From positions 1 through 64,000 of IMG/VR virus record IMGVR_UViG_3300025122_000005: a DNA stretch of 64,000 nucleotides; one strand, given 5' to 3'. Position numbers and translations under genes: made by a program. The DNA is from a virus. The notes under the pieces were generated by a model. It did no database searches. It saw only the letters and a program-made list of their open reading frames with translations, and was not told the origin of the DNA. Below, one piece after another: positions 40,892 to 49,881 of this stretch; position 1 is the first letter of the stretch, and every line of letters starts with the position of its first letter.

Positions 40892-41456
40892 TAACAAAAG
40901 GATTCATTTCATAGACTGTGGAGCAAACAAGGGACAGTCTATTCAGTGGGCATTTATGAAATATGGCGACAGAATAGAAAGGATTGATTCTTTTGAACCA
41001 CAATCAGAAAACTTTGAAGTGCTGGAAGATGAATATTCAGATCACGAAAAGGTGGTCCTGCACAATGTGGCAGTTTGGAAAGCGAATGAATTAAAAAAGT
41101 TTTTTCCACAAATTTGGGGAGCCCGAACCGGATCTTCTTTGATTGCAGGCAAGTACAGCACGGATCCCAGCATATGTGTTGACATGGAGTGTATTGACCT
41201 AGCCGAGTGGATAAGAGAAAACAAAATTGACAACGCGCATACAATACTGAAGATAGATGTAGAAGGTGCAGAATATGATATTTTGCCGTACCTGCTTAAT
41301 TCAGACACTCCCGACCTTGTTGACGAGTGGTTTATAGAGTTTCACGGAAAAGAGAAAACACCAAACTACAGCGAGCAAGTAGAAAAAGAATTTAAAGAAA
41401 GGTTTCCGAACTGGGTTGACTGGAACTCACCGGAAATACGAGAGGAAATGAAATGA
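40881..41456 (+). CDS. FkbM-family methyltransferase
   Basis: IDCGANKG, LKIDVEGAEY. Confidence 0.85.
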   Translation: MKNNNKRIHFIDCGANKGQSIQWAFMKYGDRIERIDSFEPQSENFEVLEDEYSDHEKVVLHNVAVWKANELKKFFPQIWGARTGSSLIAGKYSTDPSICVDMECIDLAEWIRENKIDNAHTILKIDVEGAEYDILPYLLNSDTPDLVDEWFIEFHGKEKTPNYSEQVEKEFKERFPNWVDWNSPEIREEMK

Positions 41457-41995
41457 TTATAATAAAGGCATGTATTTTATACGTGGTAAGTGGGTTCGGA
41501 GGGTATGCCACATCGGCATGCCTTATCGACGGGTCAGTGCTATTATCTTCTCCTGATTATGTATATCAGATAGACACGATGCCATCAAATATAGAGCTGC
41601 ATGTAGTAGACAGTGCCTATGTTGAATATTGGACGGAGCCTACGATAAGAGTTGTTTTTGGTAATTATCGTACTTATGTTAGGAGTAGGAGGGCGAGTTA
41701 TAGACCGGTATCGCGGCACACCCGCGTCAGAGTTGCGCCAAGAAGACCAGCTGTTCGACCCCGCCTGCGTAGTCCTTCCCGGCCGAGAATCCGCCACAGA
41801 ATTGCCAGGAAACGTATTCTGCGATCTCAGAAAAAAGTACGCCACCAAAGAAAGAGATACACCAGAAGACCTTCTAGAAAAGTTTATAGAAGGCACCGCC
41901 GCCCAGTTTCCCGCCGACACATTCGTCATAGATCTAGGGGAAAGGGTAGACCGGCTAGAAGGTCGTCATCTCGCCGTGCTAGAACACGTCGTTAA
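41453..41995 (+). CDS. Signal-peptide protein with very Arg-rich C-terminal half
   Basis: ORF track; hydrophobic start. Confidence 0.5.
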   Translation: MIIIKACILYVVSGFGGYATSACLIDGSVLLSSPDYVYQIDTMPSNIELHVVDSAYVEYWTEPTIRVVFGNYRTYVRSRRASYRPVSRHTRVRVAPRRPAVRPRLRSPSRPRIRHRIARKRILRSQKKVRHQRKRYTRRPSRKVYRRHRRPVSRRHIRHRSRGKGRPARRSSSRRARTRR

Positions 41996-42155
41996 AGTTG
42001 GTGATCTGGTCAGGTGGATCCCACGCACCACCGACAACCTTGTCGGGCTGGTGGTGGGAATAGAAGAAGATATTGGTCGCGCAAAGGTGTTTTGGCAGAA
42101 ATATAATGTTCATAAACTAGTAGAGTTGAAACACTTGGAGATTTTAAGAAAATGA
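41991..42155 (+). CDS. SH3-like KVGDLV cassette with a GTT (non-standard) start
   Basis: VKVGDLVRW...HLEILRK. Confidence 0.5.
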   Translation, partial: VKVGDLVRWIPRTTDNLVGLVVGIEEDIGRAKVFWQKYNVHKLVELKHLEILRK

Positions 42156-42379
42156 AAAAAGGAGATCTTGTTCGCGCCGCCGCGAATTTGAACTCAGAAA
42201 CGACAATGAATTCTTGGACTCGCCACTTCGCCCTGGTGCCATCAGGTTCGATAGGGGTAATCATTACAGACGATAGGATTTCGTGGGGATCATGTGATCA
42301 CCAAGTGTATTTTAGTTGTGTAGGTCATAGTTGTTGGGTGTGGAGGGATGAGATAGAGTTGGTAGGTAAGGAGGAATAA
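42152..42379 (+). CDS. SH3-like KxGDLV cassette
   Basis: MKKGDLVR...IELV. Confidence 0.65.
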   Translation: MKKGDLVRAAANLNSETTMNSWTRHFALVPSGSIGVIITDDRISWGSCDHQVYFSCVGHSCWVWRDEIELVGKEE

Positions 42380-42493
42380 CATGGTGTCTTTGCTGATATT
42401 GTTGATAGCAGTATATTCGCTGTTCGTGGCGTTTGTGGTAACAAACTGTAGCGAAAGCCCGTCGGAAAGAAATAAGGATTTTGATAATTTTTT

Positions 42494-42730
42494 ATGAAAA
42501 TAAAAACGCTTGACTTGCATGAGACGAAACACGCCGATGTTGAGGAAACCGTCGCAAGGTTTCTTAATTGGGTGGAAGTACCCTGCAGGATCATCACAGG
42601 AAATTCAGGAAGAATGAAAAACATTGTTGAAAAAATGGTTGACAAATATGGATATTCCTGCTATAATGAAAGTGCTTTTAATTTTGGTAGTTTTATCATA
42701 GTTGACCAAAAAATAAATGATTTTGAATAA
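42494..42730 (+). CDS. Small Smr-domain-like protein
   Basis: TLDLH...IITGNSG. Confidence 0.65.
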   Translation: MKIKTLDLHETKHADVEETVARFLNWVEVPCRIITGNSGRMKNIVEKMVDKYGYSCYNESAFNFGSFIIVDQKINDFE

Positions 42731-42733
42731 AAT

Positions 42734-42934
42734 ATGATACAGAGAAAAAGACATTTAGCTAAAGCAGTAACCTGGAGGTTTATTGCGACACTGACAACGT
42801 TTGTTATCGCTTATCTAGTCAGTGGTAGCTTTGCTTTGGGTGCTTCTATAGCATCGGTTGATGTCCTTGTTAAGACGGGACTATATTATTGGCATGAGAC
42901 ACTTTGGTACAAAACGAAATGGGGTATTAAATGA
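42734..42934 (+). CDS. DUF2061-like membrane protein
   Basis: AKAVTWRFIAT...KTGLYYWHETLW. Confidence 0.75.
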   Translation: MIQRKRHLAKAVTWRFIATLTTFVIAYLVSGSFALGASIASVDVLVKTGLYYWHETLWYKTKWGIK

Positions 42935-43257
42935 AGTACGATAAGTTGGTTAGAGATAAGATTCCTGACATTTTGGAGCAAGCAGGGAAGCATTACACTG
43001 CTCGAATCGTCGAGGATGAAGAATATGAGAAGTATCTTATAAAAAAGATGCAAGAAGAGACGGAAGAATTTCAGGAGACTCCGTGCTTGGAAGAGGCAGC
43101 AGACATGTATGAAGTCTTCCAAAAAATATTGATTCAATGGGGAATGTCGATGTCGGATGTTGAATTGGTTGCACACCATAAAAAAGAGTTGAAAGGTGCG
43201 TTCGAATATGGTATTATTCTTGAAGAAGTACATGAAATAGGAGATACAAATCAATGA
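42931..43257 (+). CDS. MazG/PRA-PH-like NTP pyrophosphohydrolase
   Basis: KLVRDKIP, KMQEETEEF, LEEAADMYEV. Confidence 0.85.
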   Translation: MKYDKLVRDKIPDILEQAGKHYTARIVEDEEYEKYLIKKMQEETEEFQETPCLEEAADMYEVFQKILIQWGMSMSDVELVAHHKKELKGAFEYGIILEEVHEIGDTNQ

Positions 43258-43511
43258 AATTAGAAAAGATAGTCAATATAATTGCTATTGTTCTTCTGTT
43301 GGCTCTTGGGGCAACAGCACTTATTGTAATGCAAAAAACAACAGAATCAAATGCGATCAGCACGAACGCAACGGTGAGACAATCTAAAAAACAGTCTCGC
43401 GTCGTGAAGGAGCTTCGTTTACTCAATATTGAACTGCGAAATCTTCAGAAAGATATGGCAGAAATAAGAGAGAGAGTAAGGAAGCAAAGAAAGTTACGAA
43501 TCAAAAAATGA
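43254..43511 (+). CDS. Membrane-anchored coiled-coil protein
   Basis: TM plus heptads. Confidence 0.55.
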   Translation: MKLEKIVNIIAIVLLLALGATALIVMQKTTESNAISTNATVRQSKKQSRVVKELRLLNIELRNLQKDMAEIRERVRKQRKLRIKK

Positions 43512-43750
43512 AGTGGATAGCCGTTTTTTTTCTTTTGATTGGGTGCGAAACGGAAATGTCCGTTGGCACCCCGATAGGACTAGATTCCAGTGTAGAAAGT
43601 ACAGACTCGGAAAAGAATGTGTGTGTGGAAGGTTGGATTTGTTGGAATCCCGAATCATCTCAACATGGAGAGCCGTGTACTAGTGGATGTATGGTGAAGG
43701 GCGACAATACAAAATATTGTTATATGTCGATGATCTGTAATAAAAAATAA
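43508..43750 (+). CDS. Cys-rich lipoprotein
   Basis: LLIGC lipobox. Confidence 0.6.
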   Translation: MKWIAVFFLLIGCETEMSVGTPIGLDSSVESTDSEKNVCVEGWICWNPESSQHGEPCTSGCMVKGDNTKYCYMSMICNKK

Positions 43751-43791
43751 TTCTTGAAATCTAAAAAAGAATATGCTATCATATAATTACT

Positions 43792-44352
43792 ATGGTGAGT
43801 TTGTTATTAACAACAATATCTGCGCTGATTATGTCGAACCCACTAGGTTTGTCTTGGGAGCAGAAATACGCTTATGATGCCGTTCCGGAGATAGGAAGCT
43901 ATAATTATGTCTACGGTGATGTATCCTGGGGTAGAATAGTATATGAAGGAGAAGACCTTCTAAGTACCTCGTCAGAAATAATATTAGAATTTGTAGAAAG
44001 AAAAATTGCTGTAGCAACTCTGTCTCTTGGTCCTTCCGGGTTGAACGAAGCGAATTGCATATTAAAATATAAAGAGATAAACAAACTACTGTCTCAGAAA
44101 TATGGCCGCATAAGACACAGCCTTATCATGCGAGATCCGCTCGTTGAAGACTTATTCTATAGTCGCGAATGCACTTCCATTAGGACGGGTTTGAAGTACT
44201 ACGAGAATACCTGGGAAACACGAGAATTTCAAATAAAAAGTTTTCTTTTTGGGGATGAAAACTTGATTGTTATTGAAGTAGAATATAGGATGAAATCCCT
44301 TGGTGAATCTCTAAAAAAGCGAGACAGAAAAAAAATACTGAAAAGAATCTAG
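43792..44352 (+). CDS. Hypothetical secreted protein
   Basis: Signal-like start; promoter upstream. Confidence 0.55.
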   Translation: MVSLLLTTISALIMSNPLGLSWEQKYAYDAVPEIGSYNYVYGDVSWGRIVYEGEDLLSTSSEIILEFVERKIAVATLSLGPSGLNEANCILKYKEINKLLSQKYGRIRHSLIMRDPLVEDLFYSRECTSIRTGLKYYENTWETREFQIKSFLFGDENLIVIEVEYRMKSLGESLKKRDRKKILKRI

Positions 44353-44377
44353 CCAACGTGGTAAAATATGGCCACGC

Positions 44378-44608
44378 ATGGATGGTTACAAAAAAAATGA
44401 CAGAGTTTTCATACGAGATTATCCTTTCGGAAGCCCCACAAACATATCTGGAGAGATAGTCGGTGTTTTAGGAAATGATTGTTTTAACGTAAAAATAAAA
44501 AATGGATGGAATGAGGGTAAAATTATTTCATTTAAATATTGGAAATTAATAAGAATTTCAGAAATACAAGAAAACTCTTGCAAAAACGAAAAAGAAACTG
44601 TATTATAG
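44378..44608 (+). CDS. SH3-like small protein
   Basis: YKKNDRVFI...GEIVG...FNVKI. Confidence 0.55.
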   Translation: MDGYKKNDRVFIRDYPFGSPTNISGEIVGVLGNDCFNVKIKNGWNEGKIISFKYWKLIRISEIQENSCKNEKETVL

Positions 44609-44620
44609 AAATATAAAGAA

Positions 44621-45083
44621 ATGAGTTTTTTAAATAGAGAATTTTATATTCACACAGCCGAAGGGGATGCTTTACTAGTGGAGATTGTAGGTAGTTCAGA
44701 AACAATTAGTTTAACTGTTGGGGGTAAGCGTGTTGACCTAGAGGTCAACTCCGCATTTGACTTAGCAGAAGCAATCATACAAATAGCCAGCGAAATGGAG
44801 ATGCAAAATGGCTGATTTTGAGAAGAGAATAGGTAACGGAGTAGAGTGGCAAGTCATCACGAGCCATTCTCTTTCACGTGGATTTACTATTGACAACTTA
44901 GATTCTAAAACAATGGAACAGACAACTAGCAACTTTGAAAGACTGTTCGTATCAATCAGGAGTATCTTAGAAAAAAATGAATCGTATTGCATGGATGTGG
45001 AAGAAGAAAGACTCCAGGTTTGCCAGGACTTGGCAAAGAAGATTAGTGAGAATTACTCACAGATATTTGAAAAAAAGAAGTAA
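44621..45083 (+). CDS. Two coupled hypothetical proteins (44621-44815, 44808-45083)
   Basis: ORF track; promoter upstream. Confidence 0.5.
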
Positions 45084-45144
45084 AAGGAACGCCTTTGTGG
45101 AGGATCCTACAGAAGGGTACCACCACCCGGAAGCATGGTGAGTT

Positions 45145-45780
45145 ATGACCAGAGGAGAATCTCTCAGAGTTTTGATTGACTACGATTTGTTTGGAACAAA
45201 CGCCAAAGGCGAGGTCGGCGTCTATTTAAAGACAGATCAAGTGACCAATAAACATTTGGTATATTTTCTAGAAATTGAAGAGTGGGGAGAGTTTAAAGAC
45301 GAGTGGGTTGAGAGAGTCGATCCAGATAAGGTCCCCCCTGTTCATGAAGAATTAGTTTCCAGAATTACTACCTTGAAAATAACTTATTAATCTAATTAAA
45401 ATGAAGAAAGAAGAGGTTAGAACAAATTGTATGGTTTGGAGCAAGAGGTTCCAATGTTACGGGCAGGCTCTTGCCCAGAAAGAGTTTATGGTTCTAGTAT
45501 TGTTTGTTAGGCACCCTAGAATTTGGCTGCACTGTTCAGAAATTTGTTTAGATCCCACGAAGGAAGATGAAGCATGGATAAAGAAATAAAACCTGGTATG
45601 CTAGTTAGATACTTTTCTGGCCAGCCCAGAGAGCACATCGGACTATTGGTGAAAATACACCATGGCGACGGGATGGGTTTTGGCGAGGGTCAACTGGATT
45701 ACTTATGTGAGATCCTTCCTAGAAACCAACGCTCAACAATTGTAAAACTGCTATCTGGAATAACGGAAGTTGCAAAATGA
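45145..45780 (+). CDS. Three small SH3-like proteins (45145-45390, 45401-45589, 45574-45780)
   Basis: GVY/GQA/GLL core strands; IKPGMLVRY. Confidence 0.5.
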
Positions 45781-46229
45781 GCAGAAAGATTGTGTCAATT
45801 TCATTTTTGTATGCTGACGAACGCATCCGTATTGATGCTGACAAAGGCGGAAAGTTTCCTTTGCCCAAAATAAAAAGGAGGCTGCTCTCGGGAGGCAGTG
45901 TTTCTTACATGCACCCCTATACTGCGAAACAATTTATAGAACATGAGAAGATTAAATATGCTGATCCTGTTTTGGCTTTATCGGACGGGTCTAAACTGAG
46001 GGTTTTCCTTTCAGCAGACCCTACTGGACCTGTGGTGGAATCAATAAGCGCGATAGAGATCCACGACAGGATTCATAATTTAAAAACAAGGCTTTTGAAA
46101 AACTCAAAGAAATCCTCCGCCAAGGGAGGAAGTAAAAAGAAGCCTGTCAACGGTACCAAAAGAGGAAAAGACAATTCCAATTATCCCTTTTTTGATTTTG
46201 AGTACGATGACGACTACGATATAGATTGA
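45777..46229 (+). CDS. Hypothetical protein
   Basis: ATGA-coupled ORF. Confidence 0.5.
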   Translation: MSRKIVSISFLYADERIRIDADKGGKFPLPKIKRRLLSGGSVSYMHPYTAKQFIEHEKIKYADPVLALSDGSKLRVFLSADPTGPVVESISAIEIHDRIHNLKTRLLKNSKKSSAKGGSKKKPVNGTKRGKDNSNYPFFDFEYDDDYDID

Positions 46230-46235
46230 GGTAGA

Positions 46236-46445
46236 ATGAGGTATATAATAATTTTGTTTTCTTTCTTTGTATTACAGGGGTGTCCTCCAGAACACTTGGC
46301 ACCGGACGCTTGCAGGAAGGTAGTTGAATGCAGCATTGATGAAGAGAGCTTCTGTGACCCAATGGACAAATGTAACTTAACGTGTTACCATAATTTTTCA
46401 GAATATTGTATTGAGAAAACCGTTTGTCCTGAAGAAAAAAAATAA
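46236..46445 (+). CDS. Cys-rich lipoprotein
   Basis: VLQGC lipobox. Confidence 0.6.
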   Translation: MRYIIILFSFFVLQGCPPEHLAPDACRKVVECSIDEESFCDPMDKCNLTCYHNFSEYCIEKTVCPEEKK

Positions 46446-46453
46446 AAAAACTC

Positions 46454-46482
46454 TTGACTTTTAAAAAATAATGTTGTATTAT
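46454..46482 (+). promoter_or_regulatory. sigma70-type early promoter
   Basis: TTGACT-N17-TATTAT. Confidence 0.75.
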
Positions 46483-46514
46483 TTAAAAAATCAACAAATT
46501 GGAAAATATTTAAA

Positions 46515-47141
46515 ATGCTTGAAAGAATCAATAACCTTCTGGATTCGCCTAGACTAAACGCCAATAATTGGGAAATAAATTTCTTGGGTAGCATCAAAGA
46601 GCAGGCTAAAAAACGTGATCTGACACATCCTCAGATAAAATACCTTGAGAGAATAGAAGAGAAAAACACAAAAGAGGTTCATAAAGAAATGGACCGCTGG
46701 CTTGACGAGTGGGATTCTGAACGTCAAGAGATAGCTAGGGTTGTCTCGCTATACTATCGTAATGAGGGATTTTATTTCTCAAGCCTTACTAGTAAAATAC
46801 TTGACCAAAGCTATGTGCCCACTGCGAGTGAATATGCAAAGTTGTGTGAGAACAAGTATGCTTCCAAGATCAGAGAAGCGCATTTTAAAGAGGAAAAGTT
46901 CCCGGTCAACAGTGTTGTCCAGGTGAGGAAGGTGTGCTCTGCAAACAAGCACTACAGGAAAGAAAATGGTGGACACACGAGGCTTAACGATGCTTTCGCT
47001 ATTGTGATTGAGACAAACGCTTTGCCTGTCCGACGCGCAGCACTTGGTGCAAAAGTTTATAAGATTCTTCCGTTCGGTTCTAATCGACCGTACTATGTAT
47101 CCGAGAGCGATCTTAAAAAGGCGCGCAAGATTAAAAAGTGA
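46515..47141 (+). CDS. Hypothetical protein with C-terminal SH3/KOW-like domain
   Basis: FPVNSVVQV...AIVI...YKIL...ESDLKK. Confidence 0.6.
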   Translation: MLERINNLLDSPRLNANNWEINFLGSIKEQAKKRDLTHPQIKYLERIEEKNTKEVHKEMDRWLDEWDSERQEIARVVSLYYRNEGFYFSSLTSKILDQSYVPTASEYAKLCENKYASKIREAHFKEEKFPVNSVVQVRKVCSANKHYRKENGGHTRLNDAFAIVIETNALPVRRAALGAKVYKILPFGSNRPYYVSESDLKKARKIKK

Positions 47142-47491
47142 GGAAGAAAATTATGAAAACATTAACGATCTGTGCATTGTTGGCTGTTGGTTGCGGCGGC
47201 AATATGCACCACCAATTTACAACTGCTTTAGACAATGCCGATGAACAAGCCAAGAAGGAGATTATAACTCTTGAAGCGGAAAGAGAAGACTTATACTATG
47301 AGCTAATAGTGCAGGCCGTCGATAAGAGGGACGATAAAGAGGCAGCATGGCTGTGGTTTGTCGCAACAAAGTTTGGCTACGATGACAGAATGGCCTCCAT
47401 ACTTCACAAGCGTATCGGCGTGGAAGACTCCGAGAGATTCAACAAGTTTGTACACATGTTGCGCCACCACACACACCTACTAGAAGAATGA
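47138..47491 (+). CDS. Lipoprotein
   Basis: LAVGC lipobox. Confidence 0.55.
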   Translation: MRKKIMKTLTICALLAVGCGGNMHHQFTTALDNADEQAKKEIITLEAEREDLYYELIVQAVDKRDDKEAAWLWFVATKFGYDDRMASILHKRIGVEDSERFNKFVHMLRHHTHLLEE

Positions 47492-47586
47492 CGACGTATG
47501 TTCTCTTCAAGATCTTTATGGCACTAGTTATTAGCCTTGCCGTTTGTTTCGCATTGGGCGAGGCATTCTATGGAGGTCGCAAATGA
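47488..47586 (+). CDS. 32-aa single-TM peptide
   Basis: Manual translation; ATGA-coupled on both sides. Confidence 0.55.
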   Translation: MTTYVLFKIFMALVISLAVCFALGEAFYGGRK

Positions 47587-47750
47587 AAGTCGGTGATTTG
47601 GTAAAAACAAAGTCTGGGTTTTACCGTCGAGGAATACTGGTTAAACGAGTGTGGGAATCGGCGGGTATGTTTAATATTTTGTGGGCAGACGGGATGATGG
47701 GCTATCGTGTTCGTGATTATGACTTGGAGGTAATCAGTGAAAGTCGGTGA
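47583..47750 (+). CDS. SH3-like cassette A1
   Basis: MKVGDLVKTK...DLEVISESR. Confidence 0.8.
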   Translation: MKVGDLVKTKSGFYRRGILVKRVWESAGMFNILWADGMMGYRVRDYDLEVISESR

Positions 47751-47919
47751 CTTGGTGATGCCAAAAGACAAAGGCTGGAAGAAATACAGGAAATCTATGG
47801 GTATTGTGGTTGAACGCCTTCATTGGGGAATGGAGACAGCGATAGTACACTGGTTCTCGGGAGACCGGAACGAGTGGGGACTTAATCAATTAAAAATAAT
47901 CAGTAAAATTAATACTTGA
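47737..47919 (+). CDS. SH3-like cassette A2
   Basis: VKVGDLVMP...LKIISK. Confidence 0.8.
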   Translation: MKVGDLVMPKDKGWKKYRKSMGIVVERLHWGMETAIVHWFSGDRNEWGLNQLKIISKINT

Positions 47920-47944
47920 CTTTCGAAAAATAATCTGATACGAT
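47916..47944 (+). promoter_or_regulatory. sigma70-type early promoter
   Basis: TTGACT-N17-TACGAT. Confidence 0.65.
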
Positions 47945-47972
47945 AAAAAAAGTTATGAAGATTTGAGGTTTT

Positions 47973-48218
47973 TTGTTGAATTATTATTTAAGGGCCGGGG
48001 ATGCGTTGTACCGAAAAGAGACAAGCGCATACGGAATACTGATAAAGAAAAAAGGCAAGAAGTGGTATTATTCTCTTCGTTCTCCTTCCATTGTAGATAA
48101 TGAGACATATATCGTTGGCGAGTACAGTGTGCGTTCAAAGTTGTTATACGCCAATATTGATCAAGGGTTTCTCGAAATCTTCTACGGATCAAAAAAGAAT
48201 AGAAGGGTGAGAAAATGA
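47973..48218 (+). CDS. Divergent SH3-like protein
   Basis: RAGDALY...GILI...FLEIF. Confidence 0.55.
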   Translation: MLNYYLRAGDALYRKETSAYGILIKKKGKKWYYSLRSPSIVDNETYIVGEYSVRSKLLYANIDQGFLEIFYGSKKNRRVRK

Positions 48219-48397
48219 AGCCTGGTGATCTGGTTAGGTATCGTTCAGAGGTCAGAATCAACGGCCGCCACATCGAGGATATTTTTATTGTCCAACGCAT
48301 CGAACATGAAAATGATTGGGCGTTTGTGTACGGAAACGAAGTCCCGATACAGGGACGCTTGCTGGAGGTTATCAGCAACGGGGTGAGCATTCCATGA
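48215..48397 (+). CDS. SH3-like cassette A3
   Basis: MKPGDLVRY...LEVISNGVSIP. Confidence 0.8.
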   Translation: MKPGDLVRYRSEVRINGRHIEDIFIVQRIEHENDWAFVYGNEVPIQGRLLEVISNGVSIP

Positions 48398-48588
48398 AAG
48401 TCGGTGACTTGGTAAAGGCAGCTCCTGGTACCGGTAGGGACACAGGTGTCATTGTTCATGAATTGTTACGCGACCGCCGCCGCTGGAGGCTTTTCAAGGT
48501 GTTGTGGAATACACACCTGCCGACATCGCCTACTATGGTTGGTCCGGCTTGGGAGCATAACTTGGAGGTTATAAGTGAGGCAAAGTAG
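48394..48588 (+). CDS. SH3-like cassette A4
   Basis: MKVGDLVKA...LEVISEAK. Confidence 0.8.
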   Translation: MKVGDLVKAAPGTGRDTGVIVHELLRDRRRWRLFKVLWNTHLPTSPTMVGPAWEHNLEVISEAK

Positions 48589-48589
48589 A

Positions 48590-48826
48590 ATGCCAAAACT
48601 TGGTGACTTGCTCGTTGTCACGCCACACCATCTTGGAGTCTGCCGGTACGTCGGCACGGTTTACGAGATTCGCTTGGATAAGTGGGGGCACCAAAACAAT
48701 GTGCTTGTTGCATGGCAAGGGGACATAGCCCCGAATTATAATCGCCTGCATGGCTATTCTGGTACGAACATCCATAACTTAAGAAGCGAATTTAGGGTTA
48801 TCAGGAACGGGGTGGACATCCCATGA
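48590..48826 (+). CDS. SH3-like cassette A5
   Basis: MPKLGDLLV...RVIRNGVDIP. Confidence 0.75.
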   Translation: MPKLGDLLVVTPHHLGVCRYVGTVYEIRLDKWGHQNNVLVAWQGDIAPNYNRLHGYSGTNIHNLRSEFRVIRNGVDIP

Positions 48827-49026
48827 AAGTCGGGGACCTAGTAAGATACAATTCCGAATATATAGGTGTTGATTCCATTGCCATAATTATCTCGGTTGGA
48901 TACGGCGAAGAATATACGGACACTGAACAAAGCCCTGCCTTAAACCCTGATATTTGGGTGCTGGTTGACGGCAACAAAGTACGATGGAACGAACGATACG
49001 TGGAGTTGATCAGTGAAGGTCGGTGA
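48823..49026 (+). CDS. SH3-like cassette A6
   Basis: MKVGDLVRY...VELISEGR. Confidence 0.8.
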   Translation: MKVGDLVRYNSEYIGVDSIAIIISVGYGEEYTDTEQSPALNPDIWVLVDGNKVRWNERYVELISEGR

Positions 49027-49204
49027 TTTGGTAAAGGATAATTATCCTACTCGTGCTTACATGAATAAAGTTGGTGTGCTTATGGCACAAACCCGACTAG
49101 GCACATCTCGTCTAAACAAGGTTTTCAGGGTTTTGTGGCAGGATGGCACCGTCGGAGAAAATGTGTGGGACTATGATTTGGAGCTAATCAATGAAAGTCG
49201 GTGA
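49013..49204 (+). CDS. SH3-like cassette A7
   Basis: VKVGDLVKD...DLELINESR. Confidence 0.8.
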   Translation: MKVGDLVKDNYPTRAYMNKVGVLMAQTRLGTSRLNKVFRVLWQDGTVGENVWDYDLELINESR

Positions 49205-49397
49205 CTTGGTGCAATTATCTGCTTATGCTAGAAACTTAAAACACTTTTATGTTGGCCGGGACCGAGACATCGGGCTGATTGTTCGAACGGCGTGGGGGTC
49301 CTTTTATTCAGTTAGGTGGTGCTCTGACAATAAGTTATCGGCAAACATGGATAGGAGAGATTTAAAGTATGCGAAAAGCAAAAATATCTCAGGGTGA
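49191..49397 (+). CDS. SH3-like cassette A8
   Basis: MKVGDLVQL...DLKY. Confidence 0.8.
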   Translation: MKVGDLVQLSAYARNLKHFYVGRDRDIGLIVRTAWGSFYSVRWCSDNKLSANMDRRDLKYAKSKNISG

Positions 49398-49593
49398 TCT
49401 GGTGAGGGTTGATTATCCTGGGACTTCTATTCATAACATAACTGCACTGGTTGCAGGGTTGGGGTTCACCGACGATTATTGTCATGACTCCGATAGGCAA
49501 ATCGAGATTTTGATCTGTGATACGGCCAAACCGATAATGATAAGAAGAAAATGGATTAAAATTATTTCTAAAATAAAAGAAAAAAGTCCTTGA
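49369..49593 (+). CDS. SH3-like cassette A9
   Basis: ISQGDLVRV...IKIISK. Confidence 0.7.
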   Translation: MRKAKISQGDLVRVDYPGTSIHNITALVAGLGFTDDYCHDSDRQIEILICDTAKPIMIRRKWIKIISKIKEKSP

Positions 49594-49617
49594 CTTTTTA
49601 AAAAAATATGGTATTCT
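49590..49617 (+). promoter_or_regulatory. sigma70-type early promoter
   Basis: TTGACT-N16-TATTCT with extended TG. Confidence 0.6.
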
Positions 49618-49625
49618 AAAAATAG

Positions 49626-49868
49626 ATGAGACAAAGATTTGACATTGGAGACTTGATTGAGGTTTCTCTTCCAACGCCGTCCGACAAAATAAAGAAAGAA
49701 CGGGGAATCGTTTTGGAAACTCAAATAATTAATAATCACTTACTGGATGAAAGAAGTCACTGGCATGTTGATGAATACAAGTGTAAAGTAAGATTTATAG
49801 GCGACGACACACCACCTAGATGGGTTAGAGCCAAGTGGCTAAAACATATTTCTAAGATAGAAGAATAA
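49626..49868 (+). CDS. SH3-like cassette A10
   Basis: FDIGDLIEV...LKHISK. Confidence 0.7.
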   Translation: MRQRFDIGDLIEVSLPTPSDKIKKERGIVLETQIINNHLLDERSHWHVDEYKCKVRFIGDDTPPRWVRAKWLKHISKIEE

Positions 49869-49881
49869 GAGGAAAATAACA

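Noticed and set aside
27330-43257. Z-base or 7-deazaguanine DNA-modification pathway (IMPDH, MazG, dUTPase present)
   Set aside because: No purZ, datZ, folE, queD/E/C or dpdA recognisable in the window.
47583-49868. Integron/attC cassette array
   Set aside because: No integrase, junctions lack attC inverted-repeat structure, and they overlap coding sequence.
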